A DNA stretch of 63,391 nucleotides, filler included, from Kipferlia bialata (GCA_003568945.1; 7 parts of 6 records of this genome joined end to end with filler, not necessarily neighbours in it); one strand, 5' to 3'; counted from the first letter of the whole stretch, positions 39,787 through 59,433 are shown. Numbers and translations: made by a program. Notes: generated from the letters alone by a model not told the origin.

Positions 39787-42700
39787 ATGTCTGGATCCCC
39801 GGCAGTGTCAGTGCCTGGTCATCAGGATGGACTGGGTCAAGTCGCCTCCGACACCGCCTCTGACTCTGATATTGACACTGAGTCTGACTCTGAGGTCGGA
39901 CCCAGCCCTTGTCCTTTCCAAGGGGAGGGAGAGAGCGAAAGAGAGCGTGGGAGGCAGGAGGAGGAAAGAGAGTCTGATACTGGGGGGGACCAGGAGAGGA
40001 CAGAGCATGATGACGCCGAGACTGACTCCAAACAGAGTGATGAGGGTCCTACCTGCGGCCCACCCCTGGACCCAGTGACTGCGGCATCAGTATCAGACCC
40101 AGTGACTGTGGCATCAGTGTCAGACCCAGTGACTGCGGCATCAGTATCAGACCCAGTGACGGCGGCATCAGTATCAGAGGGCTCTGTCCCCGGATGGCTC
40201 ACAGTGAAGTCGGCCTTCAGAATCGGACTTGGATTCACAGTCCTGTTCTCAGCCGCTTTGGTTGTGTGGGGAAAGGTACTCCATGTATCCAAACATTATT
40301 TGTCTTGGAAGGGTATTCCCAGGCGGATATCGAACAAGTCCATATGTTTCAACCCCCTCTCACCAACATGCTGCCGGATGGGACGTTCCGCCCTCCACCC
40401 GCTTTGCCCCTGAGCCCTCAGACCCTACCGATGCCACTAACTGGTATCTATGGCAGCTGCCCTTCACCAGCCAGATATATAGGTACTGTCACCCAATAAT
40501 AGTAATGTATATATTTACGATACAACCCAGTAACCCAGTATCAGTATCAGTATCGCAGTAGAGGTGAGACTCCCTCTAATACTGGTGTGAATATATACCA
40601 GCATTCCCACTGTGAATACCCTTTTCTTATATATCTTATACCTAGAGTCATTCTGTGGGCCTCCTATGCCGGCCATCTGATTGGCAACATATGGCTGGTG
40701 CACCGTATACAGACGGCCGAACACAAGGGGAGGCGGTACCTGCGACTCGATGATACTATCAGGTGGGGACAAGCCACACACCATATCAATGACATCGATG
40801 TACACTGAGTACATCATCCCCCCAATCATGATAGTTCAGATTCACTATTATGCAAGTACCTTCCTCTATACGCCAGGCCCGACCACCTGCACATGCTGCT
40901 GCTGAACGGGACAGCGCATGTACTGCACCTGATATACACACACATCCCAGGTATGATATACACACACATCCCAGGTATGGATACATTCTGGTTTGCAATT
41001 ATCCAGGTATGTCGAGGGTCAACTAATACATCTTCCGACCACAACCATGTTCATTCCTGACCTGGATTCTTCAACTGTGTCAGAATAGTACACGATACTG
41101 GACCTATGGATACTGATCCTAGGCTTCTACAATGGACTGGCCAGAGACACGTACCTGTCTGCGTCGCAGGTATACATGCATATATATATACACATATATA
41201 TACGTATATGGTGTGCAATATATATACGTATATATAATAATATGTAGATGTATGTGTGTAGCATATGAATGACAGGAGGGTCAGCGCACCCCTCCCCTCC
41301 CACCTTAGGCCTCTGTCATCAACATGCTAGTGATTGTGTCGGCCATGGAGGCACCCGTGAGGGGGATGTTCCTAGGAAGGGTGGGTTCATGTATGGCATG
41401 TATGGCATTGGGGGGTGATATCTCTCTATACCTATATGCGTCATTGCCCCCCCCCCCCCTCCCCCCAGGTCAAGGTCAGCAGGTCAGAAGGCACCACCGC
41501 CCTCAGACGCCTCCACGCATACCCCTTCCTCTTTGGCGTGATATTCACCTTCTGGTACCACCCCACAGAGTTCTCTGCCTCCTTCCTCCTAGGGTTTGCA
41601 CACACGTCCCTGCTGATGCTGCAGGTGCAGACACGATAGGGGTAGAGGCTATATATAGGATGGTATCTAGATGACATGAGATAACATGAGAAGTGCACTA
41701 TTATGATTGTATATATCTTACTGTGATGGTATATATCTAAGGTATATATCTAAGCCATATGTCTTCCCAGCAGTTCAGTCATGACAGTAGGAGTATTGGT
41801 GTATAAGACACACTATTTCCTCTGGTGTACTATTTCGTCATCATATCCGATCTTCTCTAGATAGGTTGATATTCTTTCTCACCCTCATAAGACTACTCTA
41901 TAAATACACAGATATTGATACTACTCACCTCTAGGGATCCCTGTGTCTCACTAGGGTCCACATGATTCCTGCCTTCAGGCTGGTGAGTATTAGTATAATA
42001 GTAGGCTGAGTATTTACATAAATTGTATTATACAATGTGTTAGTGTAAGGGCAATATGTATCAAATCTCTGCCACTCCCGTCATCCCACTCTCCTATCCT
42101 ATCGGATACATATATACATATGCATCAATATGCATCTATATGTATATCTATATGTATATCTATATGTATATCTATCTGTATATCTATCTGTATATCTAGC
42201 GGGTAGACTTCCACCCCGTGTGGCATCAGACTGACCCTGATGTATAACACTGATATCTGACACTGATATCTATCTGGCATCTGATGTATCAGACCCTCGA
42301 GGCATGGCCCACCCTACACGGCTCTGTCGTGGCCATCCAGCAGAAGGGCTTCTGGACGGAGGAGAGTGTGTGGCCCATGTTCCTCTTCGGGTTCGGCCTG
42401 CTACTGACCCTCACCCAGGTATATATATATGTATTTGGTATGCTGCAGGGTAGTGATAGTGATACCCTCTAAACGTATCAGTGTCTTCCGACCTCCCTCA
42501 GCCCAGGTGTACACCCTACCCTCTCTGCAGAGGCAGAGGGGCGTGGCTAGACACGCCCCCCTGGGTGTGTTCTGTACCCTTGGCCTCGGGTGGTACCTGC
42601 TCGGCCCAGGGGGTATCAACATCGTCGGCATGGTGGCTGAGCCTACACGCATCCCCTTCATCATTATAGGCGCCGCATACCTCACCATATGGCTGGCCTC

Positions 42701-42989
42701 GCTTGTGCTGCGGCTTCTCCCCACCACTTCCCCAGCGTCGAGTGTTGGAATGGTGGGTAGGCTGTGTGCCCCCTGGGTCGGGGCCACTGCGGTCAGCATA
42801 GTGGGGTATCAGATGGGGTGGGAGCTGGCACTGATCGTGATGATGGTGGTGTTGGTGCTGGTCTTTGACCTGCTCTTCGTCGTCTCCCTCCCCTTCACAA
42901 GGGCTGCTATCCGACCAGGGCACACAGGGGGGCAAGGGAAGGTGGTAGGAAGGGTGGTACCCGAGGACATGGCGCAGCCCATGCCATAG
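39787..42989 (+). CDS. Multipass membrane protein of an uncharacterised family recalled mainly from bacteria
   Basis: Motifs WYLWQLP, FYNGLARD...SQASVI.MLV..AMEAP.RGMFLG, RRLHAYPF...FTFWYHPTE, HGSVVA...WPMFLFGF; acidic N-terminal extension; intron 1 appears to be GT-AT. Confidence 0.7.
40069..40177 (+). repeat. Coding 27-bp tandem repeat x4 (DPVTAASVS)
   Basis: GACCCAGTGACTGCGGCATCAGTATCA unit repeated. Confidence 0.9.
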
Positions 42990-43532
42990 GGTCTGACTGA
43001 GACACCGGTATTGACATGGCATTTACTATGTCTGTCATTGTTAGTTCCATGCTCACCTTGCCAAGTTGTATGATATAGATACCACCATTGAGGATGACAA
43101 GTACTAGTAATAGTAATGATAGGCCTAGTAATAGGTGGCAGGGGCGCTATTGATATGTCAGAGTTAGTCGCTCTATGGTGTGTGTGTATGTAATATATAT
43201 ATATATATGTATATATATGTATATATTACATACGAGTCGGCTAACTCTGATATATGTATATATATATATATATGTATGTTCATATATGTATATGCATATG
43301 TGTCAGAGGTAGCAGACTCATTGCACTGACAATGATACCCATATACATATACATAGGGTCAAAGATACACACACAGTCTATTATGTACACAAGAGAGGGG
43401 CCTCCTCTGCATCTGGCAAGGATAGATGGACAGATCGGGAAACCAAGTGACACTTCTGTCCAGGCCTCCCCCTCTGTCTCTCACTACTCACACCGCTCTC
43501 CTTACTCGGCTACACATATATATCCATCGGTC

Positions 43533-46500
43533 CTACTCGGCTATGGCACCGACAAAGGCGTTGATGGCCAAGGCAAAGAAGACACCGGCCGTGAGACCTA
43601 GGGGTCAGGGGTGGAGGTATGTATACATGGGTGATTACACTATTGTTTTGTATTATCCACATATCCAGGGTGTGGTGCCGTACCTAGGTTGAGGTAGAAG
43701 GTGATGATGACGCCAGCCAGGCCCTTATCGACGGGTCTCACGGTGTCGGGGCTCAGCATCATGATGACCTAGGGTGGGGGCATGTACATATACACACACA
43801 TACATAGACATGTACACAAACATGTCTCACTGTCTTACATATATACATGTACACTAACACGTCTCATCCCCCATGATGACCTGGGGGGGGGGGGTCTCTC
43901 AGCATATCCATGTCACAGTATGTAATAGTATATATACACAGTATGTAATAGTATATATACACAGTATACAACAGTATATATACACAGTCTATAATAGAAT
44001 ATATGCACAGTATATACTAGTATATATACACAGGCCAGCCCCAAGAAGACTCCGTACCGTGGACGTGTACCCGTTGGACACTGCGAAGACAGCCATGACC
44101 AGGCAGGTGAGGAAGTCGCTGGGTCAGAGACGGAGGGAGACACTGCGGTACAACACGTCGAGACACACACATACCTAGAGACACACATACCTAGAGACAC
44201 ACATACCTAGAGATGAGGGGAACCGACGCGCCGACAGCATCTGTGGATCCACAGATGAAGAGGATGAACACGGGGAGGAAGGCCACACGGACAACTGGGG
44301 TAAGGGACTGGTATGGTATTCGCGAGACACGTACAGACACTATACACATGTGTATCATATTGTGTGGCACACACTCCCCCCCGTACATGCCGTGACCATG
44401 AGGTGGGAGACAGTCACGCCTCTGGTGAGGGCGGGGAGGCCTGGCAGCTGTCTTCCGGCATAGTCACCGACCTGGGGTCAGCATCAGTGGTCTATATACA
44501 GCACCAGTGGTCTCTCAGTATATAGTCTAGATATACAGTATACAGTATATATATATATAGTGGCAGTATGAGCATGAGTGCCACATGTCCATGATACTGT
44601 ATCATACACCACAGAGCGATACACACACATACTGGCATGGAGTGACATAGAGCCAATATCGGATGGGACACACACACTCTATACATACATTCTCACCGGC
44701 TACAGTCACTACACACACAATTACACACACCATATTATACCCTATCCATCCACCACTCTTGCACACACTATGAAGCTTGACAATGTATATATTATGTATT
44801 ATGTATTGTGTATTATGTATTACGTTACTGTATATACCACATACCATATACCACATACCATCACATACCATGAATATTGACATTGTCACAATCTGCCACC
44901 AGGCATCGGGGTCAGCACGGGTGGTTGGAATCATGTCGGTGACACCGGGGAACAGAGAGAGAGTGACGAAGAAGACCAGGAACACAGTTAGACCAGGGCG
45001 CCTAGGGGTGGGGGAGGGGGGGGGGGACTCTGTGACTGCACTATATACACCATATACTATATACACTATACACCATACACCATGTACTATATACTATATA
45101 CACTATACACACCACTATATACACCACTATACTACACGGTGGGACACACACACACACACACACACACACCTTTACACCAACACATGGAAGTGTACAAATG
45201 TATATATACATATGCATGTATGTATATATTCATGTATCTGTGGCACCCACCACATGGACAGGAAGAGGTCGACATATCCTAGGGGTTCCTCGAGGGTCTG
45301 GGCCTAGACGGGTGAGTATACACATGAAACTCGGATGTACACACACATATATATATACTATATATACTATATATACTATCTACATGGTGATGCCCCACCT
45401 CTGTGTCAGTCAGGTCTGCCTCGCGGGCGTCCCCCATGACCTCGCCCGACTCGGACTCAATCTCACCTGTATCAGTATCAGTATCAGTATCATATACATT
45501 ATATATATGTATACTGATACACCGTGCCACCGTGATACTGATACTGACTCATAGACACCTGTCTGTGAGGCATAAGAGGCATATGAGTCGGGGGGGACAT
45601 CGGCACATCTATATACATACACGTAGGCCACACTGATAGCAACTCTGATCCGATGCTGATACTGCTGATACTGATGATACTGATACTGATACCGATCTCC
45701 AAGGGAGAGGGGGAGGTAGATAGTGACACTGTATCAGCATCAGTGACACAGTATCACACAGCATCACACTGTATCACACTGTATGTGCAGACGAAGCACA
45801 TAGCAACACATGCATTGAAGACAACACATGACCAGTTGAACATGAACATGGGACAGGATGATGTGATGCCGCCCTACCCTCGGCCCCGGCAGTGCTCTGG
45901 TACCCATGGGGCTGGGATGAGAGACAGAGATGGGACATATATGGGACATAGATGGGACAGAGATGGGACAACGCTATGGGTAGGAGGAAGGATGTACATT
46001 GTACACACCGACAGTGGTCAGTATCAGTATCAGTATCAGTGAGGAGAGGACATTGGCATAGGACAGTATCATTAGGAAGGGGCATAGGCACGGGTGCTAG
46101 TGAGGAGTGCGGTGATGCATATATGAACAGAATTGAATAATAATAATAATATATATATATATATATATTATGCGCTCTCTGACCTGGACCTCGTCGGACC
46201 CCAGGATGTCTGCGGTCTCAGACACCTTCTGGGCCTGGGACCCCTGGGGGTGGGGCATGACTAGACACGATTATACATGATGAGACATGATTATGTGGGG
46301 TAGAGCAAGGGGGCACACCACACAGTAACTAGACCAGTCTACTTGATGTAAAATATGACTTGATATGATATACTATGACATGATATACTATGACATGATA
46401 TGATACACTATACTATGATATGCCATGCCATACCCGCCGCATGGTCTGCATGGTGGCCCTGGTGTAGGGGGTAGTGCAAACGAGGTAGTAGCAGACACCT

Positions 46501-47414
46501 GGGGGGAGACAGACTGATGAATGATCTGATGAATGATCTGATGAATGATTGAATGATCTGATGAATGATCTGNGAATGATCTGATGAATGATCTGATGAA
46601 TGATTGAATGATCTGATGAATGATCTGACAAGGGTGGTACATGCACACACAATCAGGACCTGGTACTCCCACACTGGCCCCCACACTATACACGAATACA
46701 TACCTCTATATATACCTCTACACACTTCTATATATATACCTATGCCCGCCGCCACGACCAGACACACCATGGATATACATACATACACATGTAATATTAC
46801 CTCTCTCCATAAGTATACTATATATGTAACATAAGTATACTAAGTATATCCATTCACATATACCTGTCGTCGCGATGAACCAGGACACTATGAATAGATC
46901 TGTGTATATATGGATATATTGACTAATACCCTTCCCTCTCTATACATGTATATACACACACACACACACACACATATATACATACATACATATATACATA
47001 CACCTATACCTGCCGCCACGATGACCAGGGCTGCCACAACAAAGTATGCGTCGGCAGATAGCTGAAGGTTGTCGGTGGACACCTGGGGTGAGGAGAGGGG
47101 GGATACTGACACTGATACTAGAAGTACACGGGGAGACCAGTATCGATCAGTATCGATCAGTATCGATCAGTATCGATCACTCCTTCCATGTATCTCTTCC
47201 CACACCTTGGTGATGACCCCATCCCATCTCAATGACCTCAGCGATGTGAGTCCAATGTACATCTCTCAGTATCTATACACAGTATAGCGTCTATACCTTT
47301 GTGATGATCTTGATGAGCTCGGCGGCTATCCCTGCCACGCCGTTGCCTGCCATGATGGCCTGCTCAAACACACCGCCTGGGTCAGTATCAGTATCTAGAG
47401 GTATATATATATAC

Positions 47415-47452
<38 letters not shown>

Positions 47453-47706
47453 CTATGACTATATCGCCATGATGGACTTGCTCAAACAGTATACATATAT
47501 ATTATAGTACAGCCTGGCCTTTGGCATCATACTATCATACACATATCATACATATATCATACATATATCATACATATATCATACTAGTAACTGTCAACAC
47601 ATACACTCTATGTACTCTATGTATAAATACGCATGCACACCCACCCGAGAACCCACTGGCCAGAGACATCATGGTGGGGAAGAAGACGCCATTGCTGGTA
47701 CCGCAC
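43533..47706 (-). CDS. Equilibrative nucleoside transporter (ENT/SLC29), 5'-truncated
   Basis: QAIMAGNGVAG, VFLVFFVTLSLFPG, VGDYAGRQL, RVAFLPVF, FAVSNGYTST|VIMMLSP...LAGVIITFYLNLG are ENT signature motifs. Confidence 0.9.
46514..46628. repeat. Intronic minisatellite (ATGAATGATCTG)n
   Basis: About 9 imperfect 12-nt units. Confidence 0.9.
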
Positions 47707-47872
47707 CTGGGAGGTAGAGGAAGGGGGGGGGGGGGGGGGGGGGGGGCAAAAGGGGGGGGGGTNNNNNNNNNNNNNNNNNNNNNNNNNNNNNNNNNNNNNN
47801 NNNNNNTTAATTAATTAANNNNNNNNNNNNNNNNNNNNNNNNNNNNNNNNNNNNNNNNNNNNGGTTTGCCCC

Positions 47873-47908
<36 letters not shown>

Positions 47909-47922
47909 TTCTCACCCATCAG

Positions 47923-53279
<5,357 letters not shown>

Positions 53280-53759
53280 GTAAGGCTAAGAGTGATGGGT
53301 CTAGACTGAGATGAGAGTCACTTTTGAGATGACTCTCTGTGTTGGTGTTTGTATTTGTGGATGTGATTTGGTATATTGAGTAAATGGAGCTATTCCAGTT
53401 CATCAGTCGATTGCTACATGGTGTCCTATTGTATGTCTCTCTCCTTGTGGACCTCTTGTAGGGTTGGTTCCTTAAAGAAGTGATGAAGCTTTGTGTGTGG
53501 TAGGGTCTTATATGGCAACACTAAGTTGGAACATGAAATGCCAACTGTCAATGTTGGAGTGGTGTCTACATACGACACAGAGATGAGAGGAAAACCATCT
53601 GCATTCTCTGTTTGGGGTTGAGTTCCAATGGATACGTCTAGATCCGGTGTGAGTAAGCTTGGATGTCCTTCATTGAAGAGCCTTGAAGCCAAACACAATG
53701 AGGGTGCAGGATATATGTTGACACAACGATACGGTGACCTCTTCGAACACACTCTGCCA

Positions 53760-54907
53760 ATGTCTGTGTCACCACTGTCCCACCTGAAGGTATGCATGGG
53801 GGCACACTGTTCTCTCAGACATGAGTCTGAGGTGTTACATCTTTCAGGGAGTGATATTTTAGTGACGGTCCGGTCCATGTTGACGAGAACTACAAAGTGC
53901 AATACTGTAGTAGTATCACCCTGACCCTAAAGGTCCTGGACTTCTCCACCCTTCTGCCTGGCCCCTACTGCTCCATGATGTTGGCAGACATGGGGGCAGA
54001 CGTGCTGAGAGGTATGGGGGGAGGCGCGAGTCCAATGATATATTTGACCCCCATAGTCTTCACCCACTATATGCACTTCACACTGCCATCTGTGCCCCTC
54101 TGACACCCCAGTGGAGTCCATAGACAGAGTGGATCTGATCAGAGAGATGGAGCCCATGAGTGAGACAGGTGAGGCTATGTTATAGATATGTATGTGTCAT
54201 GGGTTGCATCATTTCACCTAGCTCCCCTATTTCACCTCTTGCTTGGCGCACTCTCTCCCTCACCTCCAGGCGGATCTGTCTACCACGAGACCCTCAACAG
54301 AAACAAGCAGAGCCTGGCACTCAACCTCAAGGTTAGTTGTATACCTACTCTCAGTCCACCTTTCTTGGACCCAGTCAGACCCGCCCCCACTTCCCCCCTA
54401 TCTCTCTCATATTGGCACACACTCTCTCCTTCTCACCCAGCACCCTGTTGCTGTGGATATTGTACACAGGCTGGTCGAGGACTATGATATTGTCCTCGAG
54501 CAATTCAGACCAGGTGGGTGGTGTATCACTAGTCAATGCCAATATCATTCACAGTTTCACACACTGTCTCAGCGTGTTTAACTCTCCACTGTTGAGTGTC
54601 AGCTGTGTATCTCTCTGACTTCTCTTTAACCTCCTTCCTATTGGCAGACTCTCTTGTTGGCCTAAACCTTTGGTATCGTGTCTCTCCCTCTTAATCCCCC
54701 CCTCACCCCCCCTGTATGCACGTCTCCCATGTATTCAATACACTATATCTCCCACTCCCCAGATGTGATGGACAGACTGGGCCGATCTATCTAACGCTTT
54801 CTCTCTCTATGTATATATACCGCTATATACCACTATATATATATATACTATGCCTAGTATCAGTACCTGACCCTCTAGATGCGATGGACTGGGTCTTGGG
54901 TATGATG

Positions 54908-54939
<32 letters not shown>

Positions 54940-57081
54940 CTCTCTGTCTCTCTCTCTATATATTTATATATATTTGTAATGCCCTCACCCTCTAGATGTG
55001 ATGGACAGACTGGGCCTGGGCTATGAAGCCCTCTCTGGTGTCAACCCCTCCCTGATATACTGCTCCATCACAGGCTACGGCCAGACAGGGCCATTCAAGC
55101 ACAGGTTTGTGTCCAATTGTTCTATTCTCACTCATCCCCCTGCCAACCTGACCCCAGGGCAGCCCATGATGTCCCTCTTTCTCTCTCATACTATTTCTTT
55201 CTACAGCCAGGGAAGGCCATGACATCAACTCCCTCTCTCTCTCCCTCCCTCTATATGTATGAACGTATCTCTGTATATACCCACCCCCAGGGCCGGCCAT
55301 GACATCAACTACCTCTCTCTGGCTGGTGTCATGTCCTATGGCTCAGAGGCCAGACCCGCACTGCTGGGCACACAGATAGCAGACATAGCAGGTGAGTATC
55401 ATATTTACATTGCAACGCTCTCACTCACACTCTCTCTCTCCCCCCCCCCCTATACACCTGTGTCCTACCTTCTCATTCCTAGGTGGCTCCCTGCATGCTA
55501 CCTCTGCTATACTGGCAGCTGCACTGGGCAGAGACCACACAGGTAGTGTATAGGGTACATACTAAGTATTAGCGAGAAATGTACTTGCAGAGAGCACACA
55601 GATATGGTACCCTCCCCCTCCCTTCACTTCTCTCATTCTGTCCCGGTTAAGCACTTACTGCCACCTGTATCTCTTCCTCTTTCTGGAACCGGCTGCCACC
55701 TCGATGTATCCATAACCATCTCTCTCTCTCTCTCTCCCCCTGTCTCTGTCTCACTCCAGGCACCGGCTGCCACCTCGATGTGTCCATGGCTGACTGTGCC
55801 TATGCCCTTAACTTCTTTGGAGGTGCCGCACAGCTAGCCACAGACACGGCACCGCAGCCAGCAGATGGCCTGCTCAACGGGGGTGAGGGACCGGCATTTA
55901 TACATATATATATATATATATGGGTAGGAATGTCTCTGTGGCTTTGAGGTTACCTCTTCTCTCATTGAGTTCTAGTAACCCCAGGCAGCCACTATGGCTT
56001 CTACGAGACTAAGGATGGCCGGTACCTCTCTGTAGGCAGTCTGGAGCCTAAGTTCTTGGCTGGACTGCTATCGGGACTAGGCATAGACCCAAAGAGGTGG
56101 GTGGATATTGTGTATGACGCCTCTGTCGGCCAGTGTATCATATATACATAGTATGGCATTACCTTCTACTATCCGTACTAGACATAGACCCAAGGAGGTG
56201 GGTGAAGGTACAGTAATCCTCTGTCCCATTGAGGTGCCATTATCATAGGGTATACTACCAATTTACATCAATCCCTCATTCCCCAGCCGCGACCTTCAGA
56301 CTAAGGTAGCAGATGCCATAGCCAAGGAGACACTCGCACACTGGGAGGTACATAGATACATTGGTGTGTCACATCATCTATTCAATCGTTGCATACACAT
56401 TTGCCCCCCTGTCCCACGCTGCTACGACTCTATGTTGTATATCTGCTGCATTAATACATCCCCTTCTCACTTGTTCTCACTTATGCTGTCTTCGGCGCCT
56501 CTGACTGTTGTGTTGAGCCTGTTCTAGACCTAAGAGAGGCATCTAGGCACCCACAGTTTGTGGAGAGGTATGGTTATATATATACACACATGCATATCAA
56601 GCATGGTAGGTATATATGTATATATATAGTGGATGTGGAGCACTGCATCTACTTCTTTCACCCCAGGGGCATGGTTACCTCTTCCCTGGCTAGTGGGTCC
56701 CCCCTCCCATCCCCCCAGATAGCATCACCCTTTGTGATGGATGGGGTCAAGCCCCAGATCAACAAGGTAGACGGTGTTAAGTAGTCCCATATATACACAT
56801 TTGAGGGTCTCAAACTGAGACTGTGTCATTGTGTACACTGAGACTAGTACTACTACGAGTGATATAATATTCGCCTCACTCCCAGGTCGGTGGCTCCATC
56901 GGCGCAGACACCCTGTCAGTGGTCAGTGGCCTAGGGTACTCACATGCTGATGTGGAGGTATATTTGTGCCACTAATTTGTCATGAACATATGTTCTTGCT
57001 GTACCGCCTTCCTCCCATTCCTCTGACCCTCAGGGCATGGCTGCTGATGGTGTGTTCTCCATGAAAGGACTCATGCTATAG
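53760..57081 (+). CDS. Family III CoA-transferase (CaiB/BaiF; AMACR-like), 15 exons
   Basis: [105 protein letters not shown]. Confidence 0.92.
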
Positions 57082-57341
57082 GGGGTCTAGGGATGCATTG
57101 GGGATACTGGCGGCATGCATATGTACTGCATACCCCTCTATACACCTCTGTGAAGGGCGTCTTATGCCATAGGGGGTATGGGGGTCACACTACATACCCA
57201 ACCTTAGTGAGTAAGAGGGGCATGGCAAGTGAGTGAACTGTACTGATACAAATACTGACACACCAGAGTTTGGTGTTTGGTCCAAACAGTTGTTGTATAA
57301 CTAACAATATGAGAGCTATAAATTAACACTTTTGGGTCTTA

Positions 57342-59117
57342 TCAAGTGTTGCTCAGACTAACACTCTTCTCGACTAGTAATCTGTGAGTTAAGGCCCGGT
57401 AGGTCTGGGGCGGTATTGACGATGAGGGCCTGAGAACTCCAAACCCTTTCCTTTCCCAATCTATTATATAGAGTCCACGTCTACGACTCATTGAATGACT
57501 GGCCTGTTCCAACTCAGCTTTCCGCATCGACTCTGGAGCCACACACCCATTCCAACAAACACTTAAAGTGTCTATGGTGTGAGGTCTACTCGAATACACC
57601 GAAATCCGCTGCTGTGATGCAACCCCCTGTCTCTTTGAGGCTTTCCATGTCTACGTGCAGTATGTAGAGGTCCATATCCTGAGACAAGGGCCAGGACTCA
57701 GGGTCTCCCTGTGGCTCGAGGTCAACCTGCTCTCTGTCGTGGGATGGATAGATGGTAGGTCTTACATGCAGTAGTGCTAACCTATCTGGCTGTGTATGTA
57801 GAGTGGGTCACTGCTGATACCTCATGCATGCCACCAGGTATGTGTCAGGCGAGAGCTGGAGTGGCGGGTAGGGACAGTGGAAGTCTGTCTCACACACCAT
57901 CACTCACGGCATCCAGGTACCCAAGGCAGTATCTGAACTTGGCTTCTCTCGCCAGCATCCCGTATCCACGGCATTCCTGTACCCGTGCCTGCTCTGGGCT
58001 CACTGGTCGGAGACAACGGTACCCTACGCAGAGAGAGAGGTTGCCTAGGGGGATGCAGGCCCCCCCACGATATACGGAGGGAATGCCCCACTTGTCGGCT
58101 CCTGCCCAGCCATCTCTCTCGGACAGTGAGTAGAACTGGTGGCGTGGTAACGCCCTCTCGTTGTCGGCATACTGATCAACTGCAAACTCACAAAACAGAG
58201 AGTCTCCCACAGTCATACCAAGGGGGCACACACTCTCCCCTAGGGTGAGCAATACCCATATATATATCCCATTAGAAGTCAGCCAAATACTGACACTATG
58301 TATTATGTGCTGTACCGTGCCTTCAACCTCCTCTGGCCTCTGTGGGAGCTCGGTGAACGTCTCTGTCTCCATGTCGTACACCCACCACTGGTACATGCGG
58401 CAGTGGACCACGATCTTGTCACCAAGCAACCAGGCATGTCGCTGAGAGTGAGATAGCGTGGCAACGATGGTTGAATAGCAAACCCATGGCGCTGAGTGTG
58501 AGACAGCGTGGTAATGGTGGTAGAGTAGCAACTCTTATGGACTAGTGGATTGCCCACCATAGAAGTCTCCGGGGCATCTCCCTCAGGCATTTCCAGCCCC
58601 CATTCCCCTAAGGGTGAGTCTCTTGCATCTACGTTATGGAATTCAAGATGGATATGGATTGGCGTCACCCCCAACAATTCGATACGATCTTAAATTGGTA
58701 AAGAGTACACTAGCAACGAGATGGAGAGGGTGCCTAGCCATCTCTACAGTAGAGATTCTCTACTACAGAGTCATTCCCACCGTAAGCCACCTGTGTCCTT
58801 TTCGTATACAACCCAGACGCCAGTATAGGTTCTGTAGTCGAAGTACACGGCAGAGTGTGTGTTGACGCTGACGCCTAGGTTTGGAGGAGGCCAGCCACCT
58901 TCCTCCTCACCCTCACACAGGACAGGTGCCTCCCCCTCCGCTGTCTGCACTGACAGTAGGGCACACCCCACGTTGGGATCCATCACTGTACCACACCCTA
59001 CAGATACCAGAGACGGGAAGGCACGGGTCCCCACCCCCTTCCTCGTCCACTCTCGCCATCCATATCAGGGTGTCCCTGGCCCCCACAAGGTCACTCAGCC
59101 TGAGAAGCTTGGCCATC
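57342..59117 (-). pseudogene. Kelch-like family gene with apparent frameshifts near the 5' end and near 57895
   Basis: AWLLGDKIVV...WVYDMETETF, YSLSERDGW, YLDAVS then stop; the family-like continuation QLSPDTYLV...LYILHVD is in another frame. Confidence 0.45.
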
Positions 59118-59433
59118 CCACACACGCCTCCGTGTCTACTATTCTCCCAGGTTAAGTGGGTCTTTGGTGGAAGAGAGAGTGTCAGACACAGCGGGGAAGG
59201 CCACGCTGCTGCTCTTCACAAAACCCATATTTGAGGATATCATTGATACGGATATTGGTCCATACGAGAGCCTCAAGTCGATAGATACAATGAGAGTCTC
59301 TAGTAGCATATCATATGTTAAGCACATGTCATATGAACATCCACTTGGACTCTCTCTAAAGTCGTTGTCAGCAGTGATCGCCCAACACTACCGCATTGAA
59401 CATTAGAAACCCGACTAGGCGAAGAAGGACACA

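Noticed and set aside
53426..53902. 158-aa minus-strand ORF between MCM3 and the CoA-transferase
   Set aside because: It overlaps CoA-transferase exon 1 in antisense and has no recognisable motif.
58436..58531. 50-bp tandem duplication that appeared to frameshift a CDS
   Set aside because: It lies in an intron and is an acceptor-type echo (CTCACACTCAG|CGCCATG versus CTCACTCTCAG|CGACATG).
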